Source: a virus. From it: a stretch of DNA of 44,447 bases. Below, piece after piece: positions 1 to 7,459 of this stretch (position 1 is its first letter; the number at the start of each line of letters is the position of its first letter). The translations under genes were made by a program, and so were the position numbers. Below the pieces are notes generated by a model that did not search any database, was not told the DNA's origin, and worked only from the letters and a program-made list of their open reading frames with translations. The stretch is from positions 1-44,447 of the IMG/VR virus record IMGVR_UViG_3300002461_000295; one strand, 5' to 3'.

Positions 1-126
1 CCCGGACCCGTACCCGGACCCGTACCCGGACCCGTACCCGTACCCGTCCCCGTACCCGTACCCGTCCCCGGACCCGTACCCGTACCCGTCCCCGGACCCG
101 TACCCGGACCCGTCCCCGGACCCGGA
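1..126. repeat. Tandem hexamer array of 21 phased units CCCG[G/T][A/C] (8x CCCGGA, 9x CCCGTA, 4x CCCGTC), running into the left window edge
   Basis: Read directly. The units are perfectly in phase from nt 1. The minus strand has GGG every 6 nt. There is a partial 18-nt super-period (GTA,GTA,GTC). The variant CCCGGC never occurs. Confidence 0.97.
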
Positions 127-147
127 CAGCTCTTGCGGCTCATCCAT
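1..147 (-). CDS. Candidate 5' part of a (Gly-X)n dipeptide-repeat ORF: MDEPQEL followed by 21 x [S/D/Y]-G, open to the window edge
   Basis: ATG at 147-145 overlaps the stop of the upstream gene (ATGGATGA context). The frame stays open through every repeat unit to nt 1. Only a weak AGG lies upstream. There is no homology support. Confidence 0.3.
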   Translation of the reverse strand, partial: MDEPQELSGSGDGSGYGSGDGYGYGSGDGYGYGDGYGYGSGYGSGYGSG

Positions 148-514
148 TGTGGACCGCCTGAGCGCGAATTACGCGCTCTGCTTCGGCGCTACACTGAAGA
201 ATTTCACAATTCTCCGTCAGCGCGATGCGCTCAACCGGCGCACTAACCTTGCTGTCCTTATGAATACCAGAAAGCGCGATTGCGTTGAGAAAATCGCCAT
301 TGCCAGCAGTCTTCCAATACCACAGACGACGCGCGTCAGTCAGCACGCAGGCGCGGCCATCAGTCGCTTCCAGCACGCCAGCATGAACGCCTGCGTCGCG
401 ACAGCGAACAATGACATACTTACCCACCATGCCAGTGTTAAATGTCCCCGCCGATGAGCCGAACTGAGCCGCAAGCGCCTTGGCCTGTCCAATAGTAAGA
501 TCGTCGATAGTCAT
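140..514 (-). CDS. Conserved phage protein of unknown function (124 aa)
   Basis: ATG is preceded by a GAAAGGA Shine-Dalgarno. The sequence is globular and protein-like, with a ...DARRLWYW... core that I recall from other phage hypothetical proteins. Confidence 0.8.
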   Translation of the reverse strand: MTIDDLTIGQAKALAAQFGSSAGTFNTGMVGKYVIVRCRDAGVHAGVLEATDGRACVLTDARRLWYWKTAGNGDFLNAIALSGIHKDSKVSAPVERIALTENCEILQCSAEAERVIRAQAVHNG

Positions 515-553
515 TATCGTCCTTTCTTCGTTGCTGGATACCGCCAGCGCGGA

Positions 554-766
554 TTAAAGAAGCAGCGTTCGCCGCTTGCTCAATTGCTCGATTGCAGTTT
601 CAGGGATTGACGCCGCTTCATCGATCCAGACGTCCGAAGGCGCATAGGTATATTCGAGGATCAGCCGCCCCTCAGCGTCGCGCTTCCCATCGACAGGCCG
701 ATAGCCGGTTGGCTTCATGCCCTTGCGCGGCGGGTTGCGGAAAACGTGCGTCACTTCACCCCCCAA
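554..766 (-). CDS. Hypothetical protein (66-70 aa)
   Basis: GC-rich third codon positions. The ORF-track start is TTG 766. GTG 754 would give a GTGA start/stop overlap with the upstream gene. Confidence 0.55.
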   Translation of the reverse strand: MGGEVTHVFRNPPRKGMKPTGYRPVDGKRDAEGRLILEYTYAPSDVWIDEAASIPETAIEQLSKRRTLLL

Positions 767-984
767 GCGCCCGCCACTTCGCGCGCCAACGCAGTCAATG
801 CGCGCCCACGCCGCCCAAAAGGATCAAGCAAGCGCTCGCCGCCAGCGCTGCACTTGAGAGCGACAACCAGAGTATGCTTCGAATTGCGCATCAAGCAGAC
901 GCGATAGACGCGCCCGCCATCCTCGACGCGAAAGTTTGAATAGGCCGGAAGCCGTGCCTTGCGCCGCGTCACGCCAGGCACCAC
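751..984 (-). CDS. Hypothetical protein (77 aa)
   Basis: Open frame with moderate GC3, packed between neighbours with 16-nt overlaps. No recognisable motif. Confidence 0.5.
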   Translation of the reverse strand: MVPGVTRRKARLPAYSNFRVEDGGRVYRVCLMRNSKHTLVVALKCSAGGERLLDPFGRRGRALTALAREVAGAWGVK

Positions 985-1295
985 ACCTTAGCCGAGCGCC
1001 CCGAGGCGTTCGACCGGCGCAAGCCCGTGTCGCGCACCTTGCCCAGCTTCAGCAGCTCAGTCATGCGCGGACGCATCGACAGGACAGACACGCCCGCCCA
1101 CTCAGCGACTTCGTCAGCCGTAAATGCACCGTGCCCGAGGCGCGAAAGACACAGCTCGCGCAGATGCACCACGCTTCCCGTCATCGTGTCCGCCGCCTTG
1201 CGCGATGTGTCATGCTCTTTGAAGCCCGGCGTTGACGGATAGGTCGCTTCGAACCCGGCCCGCGTGAAGAACGTCATAGGCGCTGCGTCAGTCAT
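969..1295 (-). CDS. Winged-helix DNA-binding protein (108 aa)
   Basis: The C-terminal half (FTADEVAEWAGVSVLSMRPRMTELLKLGKVRDTG...) has the helix-turn-helix plus wing pattern of MarR/Lrp-type wHTH domains. Confidence 0.65.
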   Translation of the reverse strand: MTDAAPMTFFTRAGFEATYPSTPGFKEHDTSRKAADTMTGSVVHLRELCLSRLGHGAFTADEVAEWAGVSVLSMRPRMTELLKLGKVRDTGLRRSNASGRSAKVWCLA

Positions 1296-1312
1296 GGGGT
1301 TTTCCCTTCAGG

Positions 1313-1654
1313 TTAAGCGGCGCGCCGATCGGCCAGGCCGCAATCAGCATGCGTGCAGCTCTTCACGACGGGATCGTCAACGGCGCGCGCTGGAACATGG
1401 CTGTTGAACAGACTTGCCCCACGCTTGCGCAGCGCAAAATAAACGGCGCGCTCATTGTCAAAAGGCGCAACAACAATGGCGCGCGGCCTCTTCTTTTGCC
1501 GCTTTAATTCTGCAAGCCAGCCAGGCATGTACCAAGCATAATCCAAGGCCGTCGCCATGTGCTGACGCAGACGGTTTTGCACGCCAACCGTCGTCTTCCC
1601 AACATAGCGAATACGACCGTCGCGCGGATCGACGAGAACATAGGTCTCGATCAT
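1313..1654 (-). CDS. Small stand-alone GIY-YIG-domain protein (nuclease-like, 113 aa)
   Basis: The N-terminus TYVLVDP..GRIRYVGKT fits the GIY...YIG motif, followed by RLRQH (conserved Arg) and FDNE (candidate catalytic Glu). No DNA-binding extension. Confidence 0.65.
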   Translation of the reverse strand: MIETYVLVDPRDGRIRYVGKTTVGVQNRLRQHMATALDYAWYMPGWLAELKRQKKRPRAIVVAPFDNERAVYFALRKRGASLFNSHVPARAVDDPVVKSCTHADCGLADRRAA

Positions 1655-1854
1655 GCCGCCTTCCGTTCCGCTTCTATTTCAGAAAGCGCGTTTTCCAGCT
1701 TGCCCAGCGTCGTTGCCGTCATGGTCTCAGGGTCTTTCTTCCACCGGGACGGCGTTGACCGCGCAACCTTGGCGCGATCACACACCTGATAGACGGGAAC
1801 GCGGGCGTCGAAGCAGCGCTTCAAGAGCGCTTGGAGTTGGGTTTCTTTGTCCAT
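1651..1854 (-). CDS. Small HTH regulator (Cro/CI-type, 67 aa)
   Basis: VPVYQVCDRAKVARSTPSRW is a helix-turn-helix. It is the first gene of the leftward arm next to the divergent control region. ATG 1854 is preferred over the ORF-track TTG 1890. Confidence 0.6.
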   Translation of the reverse strand: MDKETQLQALLKRCFDARVPVYQVCDRAKVARSTPSRWKKDPETMTATTLGKLENALSEIEAERKAA

Positions 1855-1865
1855 GAGCCGCCCAC

Positions 1866-1928
1866 TCGCACAAAAATGATCGCAACACAATGCTAAAAAA
1901 AATAGCTTGCGTTATTCATTTTGTGCGA
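1866..1928. promoter_or_regulatory. Divergent control region with an imperfect inverted repeat TCGCACAAAA(A)TGA (1866-1879 and 1916-1928) flanking an A8 tract
   Basis: Read directly. The arms are 14 and 13 nt and differ by one A/T. They are separated by 36 nt that contain GCTAAAAAAAATAGC. The region lies between the first minus-arm gene (HTH) and the first plus-arm gene. Confidence 0.6.
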
Positions 1929-1974
1929 CTAGCTGTTGCTCACTACCAACCGGCGACAAAGGAGCGACGCCACC

Positions 1975-2178
1975 ATGACTATCGAACGCAAGCCTATCAG
2001 TGAGTTTCGCAAGGCAACGCTTAACGCGCAATGGCCGACCGAAACCGAGACCGACCGCCTCGGTCTTCACCCCAACACGATCATCTTCCGCAATCTGGAA
2101 ACCGGCGAGATTTGCGGCCAGGTCAACGCGGACGATTTGTTCGACGCGGACGGCAACCGCTTTTGGCTGGACGCTTGA
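1975..2178 (+). CDS. Hypothetical early protein (67 aa)
   Basis: ATG 1975 has an AAAGGAG SD about 10 nt upstream. It is the first gene of the rightward arm. Confidence 0.65.
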   Translation: MTIERKPISEFRKATLNAQWPTETETDRLGLHPNTIIFRNLETGEICGQVNADDLFDADGNRFWLDA

Positions 2179-2180
2179 AC

Positions 2181-2324
2181 ATGAGCCGCCAGATCATCGC
2201 GCTTCAGATCGCGCTCGCGGCCACGGTCGCATCCTTTGCAGAGACCCGCGATCCTTGGCAGCGCGGCGCGCTTGCCCAGCAGGCGCAGTCCTACCGGATC
2301 GCATTGCGGGAGCTAGGGGCATGA
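2181..2324 (+). CDS. Hypothetical small protein (47 aa)
   Basis: ATG lies 2 nt after the upstream stop. Its stop overlaps the next start (ATGA). Confidence 0.45.
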   Translation: MSRQIIALQIALAATVASFAETRDPWQRGALAQQAQSYRIALRELGA

Positions 2325-2548
2325 GAAGTGCCTACATACCGGCAGCGTTTCCGGTTCCGACTGAACGTAGCGAAGACGGCATGACGTTGCGCGATCACTT
2401 CGCTGGGAAAGCGTTGCCGGGCGTGCTGCAAATTTGCATCGAAGACGAACCGCGCGACGGTGAAACTATGCCGCAAATGTTTGCGCGCAAATCATTCGAA
2501 ATTGCCGACGCCATGCTTGCCGAACGCAAGAAAGGTGGTGCGGCATGA
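2321..2548 (+). CDS. Hypothetical protein (75 aa)
   Basis: ATGA overlaps at both ends. High GC3. Confidence 0.6.
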   Translation: MRSAYIPAAFPVPTERSEDGMTLRDHFAGKALPGVLQICIEDEPRDGETMPQMFARKSFEIADAMLAERKKGGAA

Positions 2549-2823
2549 CGCGCACCGTCAACGGCCATTCAGCCCGCGCCGTCGCGCCGCTATGCGAGCG
2601 CGCCAATCAGATCATGGCCCGTTATTTCCCCCCGCGTCCGGTCGCGCACGGCTTCCATGATCCAGCCGGTTTCATCGCCGGTTGCCGCCGCGCCGCCGCG
2701 CAGGCCCGCATTCGCCGGGCATTGATCGGCGCGCTTGTCGATCAGGAGATTGCAGCCGGGCGCTTGGCGCTCGACGGCAATCTGATTGTCGTGCCCGTCA
2801 CCGAGGCAGACTTGCCTTACTAA
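2545..2823 (+). CDS. Hypothetical protein (92 aa)
   Basis: ATGA coupling to the upstream gene. Coding-like composition. Confidence 0.6.
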   Translation: MTRTVNGHSARAVAPLCERANQIMARYFPPRPVAHGFHDPAGFIAGCRRAAAQARIRRALIGALVDQEIAAGRLALDGNLIVVPVTEADLPY

Positions 2824-2839
2824 TCGAGAGGATTACCCG

Positions 2840-4024
2840 ATGATCGTTTTCCGCAACCCCGGCCTTATCGACATGGCCGCAGCATGCACGCTTGGCGTCA
2901 GTGTCAAAGAGGGCGACAACCCCATTGGACGCTTCGGCACCGGCTTCAAGTTTGGCGTCGCCACCCTGTTGCGCGAGGGCGCGCGCATCGTGATTTATCG
3001 CGGCGCGGAGCGCTTGGAGCTTGCCACGAAGCGCGAGACTATTCGCGGCAAAGAGTTTAACCTTGTCACGCTGGACGGGGTTTCGCTTGGCTTCACGACG
3101 CAACTCGGTCGCGATTGGAAGCCGTGGATGGCATTCCGCGAATTGGCTTGCAACGCGCTCGACGAGGGCGGACGCTTCTATTCTGACATGGGCCAGCCCG
3201 AGGCAGGCGATGACGAAACGATGATTTGCGTTTCGGGCGGCGGGATCGAAGACGCTTACAATGATCGGCATGAGACGCTGATCGAGGGCGAGCCGCTTTA
3301 TGCGAACGCACATATCGAGGTTCGTCCAGGCGAAACCAACGCAATCTATTTTCGCGGCGTGAAGGTTGGTCTTTTGCCGCGCCGCACCACGCACCGTTAC
3401 AATATCTTGGGCAACATCGACCTCACCGAAGACCGCACTTACAAATATCAGTTTGAGGTTATCGAGAAGATTGGCGCTGGACTGATTGCGTGCGACGACG
3501 CTGCGATCCTGAAGCGCGCCATGACGTGCGGCGAAGGCTTTCTTGAGCATCATATCGACATGCCAATCTATCGCCCCGCAAGCCCGGCTTTCGATCGCAT
3601 CGCCGCAGACCTTCGTGGATCAGTCAGCGACATGGCGAACGCAAACCCGTCAGCTCTTCGCATTGCCGAACAGAAACGCCTCAGTGATTTGGGACCAGAG
3701 CATTCGATCGAGTTGAACGAAATCGAGAAGCAATCGCTCGACCGCGCCATTCGCCTTTTGTCGGCGGCTGGATACGCGATCGACGATTACCCCGTCATGG
3801 CCGTCGAGAGCTTGGGCAGCGGCGTGCATGGCATCGCAAAGGAAGGGCGCATTTTCATTGCGCGCGCGGCGTTTTCCAAGGGCGCGCGGGAAATCGCCGC
3901 CACGCTGTTTGAAGAATATGCCCACCTTCGCAGCGGCCATGCAGATTGCACGCGCGGGTTTCAAAACTTTCTGTTCGACCAGCTGCTTTGCCAGGTCGAG
4001 CTTAAAAATGGAGAGGCTTTCTAA
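2840..4024 (+). CDS. 394-aa protein with GHKL-ATPase-like signature motifs in atypical order
   Basis: IGRFGTGFKFG (G2-box-like) lies near aa 48 and FRELACNALDEGG (N-box-like ExxxNAxD) near aa 118. ATG 2840 sits just downstream of the previous stop. Confidence 0.8.
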   Translation: MIVFRNPGLIDMAAACTLGVSVKEGDNPIGRFGTGFKFGVATLLREGARIVIYRGAERLELATKRETIRGKEFNLVTLDGVSLGFTTQLGRDWKPWMAFRELACNALDEGGRFYSDMGQPEAGDDETMICVSGGGIEDAYNDRHETLIEGEPLYANAHIEVRPGETNAIYFRGVKVGLLPRRTTHRYNILGNIDLTEDRTYKYQFEVIEKIGAGLIACDDAAILKRAMTCGEGFLEHHIDMPIYRPASPAFDRIAADLRGSVSDMANANPSALRIAEQKRLSDLGPEHSIELNEIEKQSLDRAIRLLSAAGYAIDDYPVMAVESLGSGVHGIAKEGRIFIARAAFSKGAREIAATLFEEYAHLRSGHADCTRGFQNFLFDQLLCQVELKNGEAF

Positions 4025-4194
4025 TGAAGAACCGCAACTATTTCGAGCGCCCGATCCAGGGCAACGGGCGCGACTTTCACGGATACGGCAACACAGGGCC
4101 GTTTGAGCGCGAGCGCGATCCGTGGGCAAAGCCCGCCATCATCGCCACCGTGGTGATCGTGGCATATTTCGTCTGGCAGTATTTGGGGCGCTGA
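4024..4194 (+). CDS. Small membrane protein (56 aa, below the ORF-track cutoff)
   Basis: TAATG overlap with the upstream stop. Translation is MKNRNYFERPIQ...WAKPAIIATVVIVAYFVWQYLGR, with one C-terminal hydrophobic helix. The stop lies 2 nt before the next ATG. Confidence 0.5.
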   Translation: MKNRNYFERPIQGNGRDFHGYGNTGPFERERDPWAKPAIIATVVIVAYFVWQYLGR

Positions 4195-4196
4195 TC

Positions 4197-4574
4197 ATGG
4201 CAAAGAAACCGACGAACGCCGAGCTGGCAGAGCAGCTTGCCACAATGACCGAGCGCGCAATGACAGCCGAGCGCGAGAAGCGCGATGCTGAGGGACGCGT
4301 TCGGCTTCATGAAGAGGCGCGCGCCAGGGCCATCAAAGAGGTTGCGGATTGTGAAAACGAGCTTCGCGACGCCATCCTTCGATTGACCACCGAAAACGCC
4401 CGCCTTCGTGGTTATCTTGATCGCATCGAGGATGAAACGCCGGAGCCGCGCGCAATGCGGTACGGACGCGCGCGCGAGCTGGACGAACGCAATCGCAACA
4501 CAGGCCGCGACATTGATCACTTTGCTCGCATGGGCATGGGGGCGAGCCAGCGCCGTCCTTGGCACCATCGCTAA
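4197..4574 (+). CDS. Coiled-coil protein (125 aa)
   Basis: Charged heptad-like sequence (AELAEQLATMTERAMTAEREKRDAEGR...ENELRDAILRLTTENARLRGYLDRIED). Confidence 0.7.
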   Translation: MAKKPTNAELAEQLATMTERAMTAEREKRDAEGRVRLHEEARARAIKEVADCENELRDAILRLTTENARLRGYLDRIEDETPEPRAMRYGRARELDERNRNTGRDIDHFARMGMGASQRRPWHHR

Positions 4575-4588
4575 TTGAAGGGACCATC

Positions 4589-5809
4589 ATGAACGACATT
4601 ATCGACAACATCGCAGCAGGCGCGCAGACCATCGGGCAGGCCATCGGCTTTGATCCGGTTGGCGGCGAAAAAGTTGAGCCGTGCCCGCCGCCCATGATTG
4701 AAGGCAACGCGCCCTTCCCCGAGCCGGGCATTTATTTCGGCATGTCGGACGAAGCCTATCACGCGATCCATGCGTGCAGCGCGTCCGGCCTGAAGAAACT
4801 GTCCATTTCAACGATGGACTATTGGGCAGACAGCGTTCTCAATCCCGACCGCGACGAGTATCGGTCGCAGAAGGATTACTTCGACTTCGGCAAGGCGATC
4901 CATTGCTTCGTTCTGGAAGGCGAGGCGGTCTATAACCGGCGCTACGTCGTTGGCTTGGAGAAGCCCAAGGGCGTGATCGAGACGACCGATCAGATCAAAC
5001 TTCGGATCGTCCAGCTTGGCGGCAAGCCGACCAGCAAGGGCTTTGACGACAACACCCGCGCTGCCAAAAAGGAAGACTGGATCGCGCAGCTCTTGGCGCT
5101 CGATCCCGACGCTCAGATTTGGGAGCGCATGCAAGCCGCGTTCAACGAGGCAAACGAAGGCGCGGAAATCGTCACGCACAAGATCGACAAGCGCGTCCGT
5201 ATCGCGGCGAAGATGATCCAGGCGCACCCCGAGCTGAAGGATGCTTTCACGGGCGGTTGGTCAGAGGTTGCCGTGTTCCACTATTGCCCCGAGACCGGCG
5301 CGCCGATGAAATCCAAAATGGACTATCTCAAAATGCGCGCGATCGTGGACTTGAAATCGTTCGGCAACAACGGCGGCAAGCCGATCAATCGCGCGATCGA
5401 GACCGCCATTGCGTCCATGCGGTACAATGTCCAACACAACGTTTATGATGACGCGGTGATGGCTGTTCGCGCGCTGATCCACGAACGCGGCGCGGGCGCT
5501 ATCTTCACGCACCCGTTCGCCAGTCTGGATCAGCGCGAAGCTCAGGTCGCTTGGGCAATGCGTTGGGCACAGCAGCCCGAGCCGCCCGCCTTTATGTTCG
5601 TGTTTCAGCAAAGCGGACAGGCACCCGTGACGCGCGGACGCATCATGCCGCGCGGGACCGTGTTCAGCGTCACGCGCAGCCGCGTGCGCGAGCTGAAGCG
5701 CCGTTGGGTCGATTGCGTCAAGACGTTCGGCACCGATCCTTGGATTGACGTCGAGCCGATCGACACGATCGAAGACGAAGCCATCCCTTTGTGGGCTACC
5801 GAACTGTGA
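4589..5809 (+). CDS. RecE-like PD-(D/E)XK exonuclease (406 aa)
   Basis: FGKAIHCFVLEG and a later D...VDLKSF motif fit the PD-(D/E)XK exonuclease VIII-like family. It has a GAAGGGA SD and is paired with RecT downstream. Confidence 0.8.
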   Translation: MNDIIDNIAAGAQTIGQAIGFDPVGGEKVEPCPPPMIEGNAPFPEPGIYFGMSDEAYHAIHACSASGLKKLSISTMDYWADSVLNPDRDEYRSQKDYFDFGKAIHCFVLEGEAVYNRRYVVGLEKPKGVIETTDQIKLRIVQLGGKPTSKGFDDNTRAAKKEDWIAQLLALDPDAQIWERMQAAFNEANEGAEIVTHKIDKRVRIAAKMIQAHPELKDAFTGGWSEVAVFHYCPETGAPMKSKMDYLKMRAIVDLKSFGNNGGKPINRAIETAIASMRYNVQHNVYDDAVMAVRALIHERGAGAIFTHPFASLDQREAQVAWAMRWAQQPEPPAFMFVFQQSGQAPVTRGRIMPRGTVFSVTRSRVRELKRRWVDCVKTFGTDPWIDVEPIDTIEDEAIPLWATEL

Positions 5810-6309
5810 TTGCTATCGAACGGCTGCGTGCCATCCTTCGTTACGAACCGAAGACGGGAAAGCTCTTTTGGCTTCCTCGCGGCACGCAGCCGTTCGATGG
5901 ACGATTTGCCAATCGCGAAGCATTCACCGCCGACAACGGGCACGGTTATCGTTGTAGCTTTGTCGATGGCAGACCCTTGAAAGCGCACCGCGTAATCTTT
6001 GCGATGATGAAGGGCTATTGGCCTGTTGAGGTCGATCATCGAAACGGGAAGCGAAGCGATAACCGTTGGCAAAATCTTCGCGAAGCAACGCGCCAGACCA
6101 ATTCTCAAAACAAGAAATTGCGCACCGACAACATTAGCGGCGTGCCCGGCGTTCGACAGCGTCAAGACACACGAAAATGGACAGCTTGCATCGGCGGGAA
6201 AAATCGGCGGCATCTTGGGCAATTCGAGACCAAGCGCCAAGCCATCGCCGCACGCCGCAAAGCAGAACGCGAAGACAACTACCACCCCAACCACGGGAGA
6301 GCATTATGA
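5806..6309 (+). CDS. HNH homing endonuclease with an AP2-type DNA-binding domain
   Basis: VDHRNGKRSDNRWQNLREAT...N is an HNH_3-type motif. GVPGVRQRQDTRKWTACIGGKNRRHLGQFETKRQAIAARRKAE is AP2-like. GTG 5806 gives a GTGA overlap, and the ORF track lists GTG 5791. Confidence 0.8.
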   Translation: MIAIERLRAILRYEPKTGKLFWLPRGTQPFDGRFANREAFTADNGHGYRCSFVDGRPLKAHRVIFAMMKGYWPVEVDHRNGKRSDNRWQNLREATRQTNSQNKKLRTDNISGVPGVRQRQDTRKWTACIGGKNRRHLGQFETKRQAIAARRKAEREDNYHPNHGRAL

Positions 6310-7061
6310 CCGAACCGACAGACGCCCAGGTTATCGACCAGACCCCGGCACCCGTGCAGCGCGAGCCGCGTCCGGCCCCCTTCGTCGCAGGCGGCGCGCT
6401 TGCGGCGATGATCCCCCAGACTGGCGAGGAATACGCCCGCATGGCGACGCTGTTGATGGACGCCGGTTGCGTGCCCGCCAGCTATGAAGGCAAGGCAGGA
6501 CCGGATCAGTATCGCGAGACGCGGGCAAAGCTGATCATCGGCCTTATGAAATCGGTCGAAATCGGCGTGCCCCCGTTGACCGGGATCAATGGCATCATGA
6601 TCGTGAACAATCGCCCGAGCGTATGGGGCGACCTTGCCGTTGCGCTTGTCCAACGGGATGGACACTTGGCGCGTCAGGAAGTTCGTCGCATTGGCGCAGA
6701 GCCGCCGCCCGGCACCCCGCTCGACCAATGGGATCGCAGCTTTGGCTTCCGCGTGATGATGTGGCGGCGCGGGCAGGAGACCGCCTATGTGGGCGAGTTT
6801 ACCGTTGGCGACGCCCGGCGCGCAGCGCTTTGGGAAAACACGCGCAAAGCCCCGTGGATCAATTACCCGCTCGACATGCTCTTCAACCGGGCACGCGCCA
6901 AAGCCATGCGCGCGGGCTTCAGCGACAGCCTGCACGGCATGTCGATCGTCGAAGAGGCGCGCGACGTGGCACCCGATCCCGTGAAGATCAGCGGCGCGTC
7001 GATCCTTTCGGACGAACCCGCCTTGATCGAACACAAGGCAGACACGGAAGAAGAGGCATGA
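6306..7061 (+). CDS. recT: RecT-family single-strand annealing recombinase
   Basis: LIIGLMKSVEIGVPPLTGINGIMIVNNRPSVWGD...NYPLDMLFNRARAKAMRAGFSD matches the RecT core pattern. ATGA overlap with the HNH gene. Confidence 0.85.
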   Translation: MTEPTDAQVIDQTPAPVQREPRPAPFVAGGALAAMIPQTGEEYARMATLLMDAGCVPASYEGKAGPDQYRETRAKLIIGLMKSVEIGVPPLTGINGIMIVNNRPSVWGDLAVALVQRDGHLARQEVRRIGAEPPPGTPLDQWDRSFGFRVMMWRRGQETAYVGEFTVGDARRAALWENTRKAPWINYPLDMLFNRARAKAMRAGFSDSLHGMSIVEEARDVAPDPVKISGASILSDEPALIEHKADTEEEA

Positions 7062-7243
7062 AGCACGTCATTGCCAGCGAAGGCCAAGCTGAAAAGATCG
7101 CAGCGCAGGCCCGCGCCGAGGGCAAGGAAGCGACCGTCTTTCATTACGAGCAGGCGCGCACGCGGCTTTCACTGTTCGGGATCGAGATCGTCAGCACCGA
7201 CGCCAACGGCAAGCGGCAGACCGAAACGATCCACTATGCGTAG
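7058..7243 (+). CDS. Hypothetical protein (61 aa)
   Basis: ATGA overlap with the recT stop. Coding-like composition. Confidence 0.6.
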   Translation: MKHVIASEGQAEKIAAQARAEGKEATVFHYEQARTRLSLFGIEIVSTDANGKRQTETIHYA

Positions 7244-7415
7244 CTGGAAGGACTGGTTCGACAACCGCGTCCGTCGCGAACGGCACGCCAAAAGCAACGC
7301 TTGCGTTCGGTGCGGTAACGGCCCCGTCAGCACAACATGGTTGGGAAAGTTGACGCATTTTGGCTGTCTCACAGAAAGCGAGAGAGCCGAGCAAGATTGG
7401 CTTGACCGCTCTTGA
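7236..7415 (+). CDS. Hypothetical Cys-containing small protein (59 aa)
   Basis: ATG 7236 overlaps the upstream gene by 8 nt. CVRCGNGP...HFGC suggests a small zinc-binding element. Confidence 0.5.
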   Translation: MRSWKDWFDNRVRRERHAKSNACVRCGNGPVSTTWLGKLTHFGCLTESERAEQDWLDRS

Positions 7416-7459
7416 AATCCGCGCCGGGCGGTTTCCCGGCAATCGAAGGAAGGAAGATC

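Noticed and set aside
1-126. Hexamer arrays as a CRISPR array or as an exact long direct terminal repeat.
   Set aside because: The units are contiguous 6-mers with no spacers, so this is not CRISPR. The two edge arrays differ in unit order and share only a 22-nt suffix-prefix identity, so they are not an exact DTR of appreciable length.
149-457. 102-aa plus-strand ORF opposite gene 140..514.
   Set aside because: It is an antisense shadow frame. The minus-strand gene has a strong SD and a globular, conserved-looking product, whereas the plus-strand product is Cys/Arg/Thr-rich with no start context.
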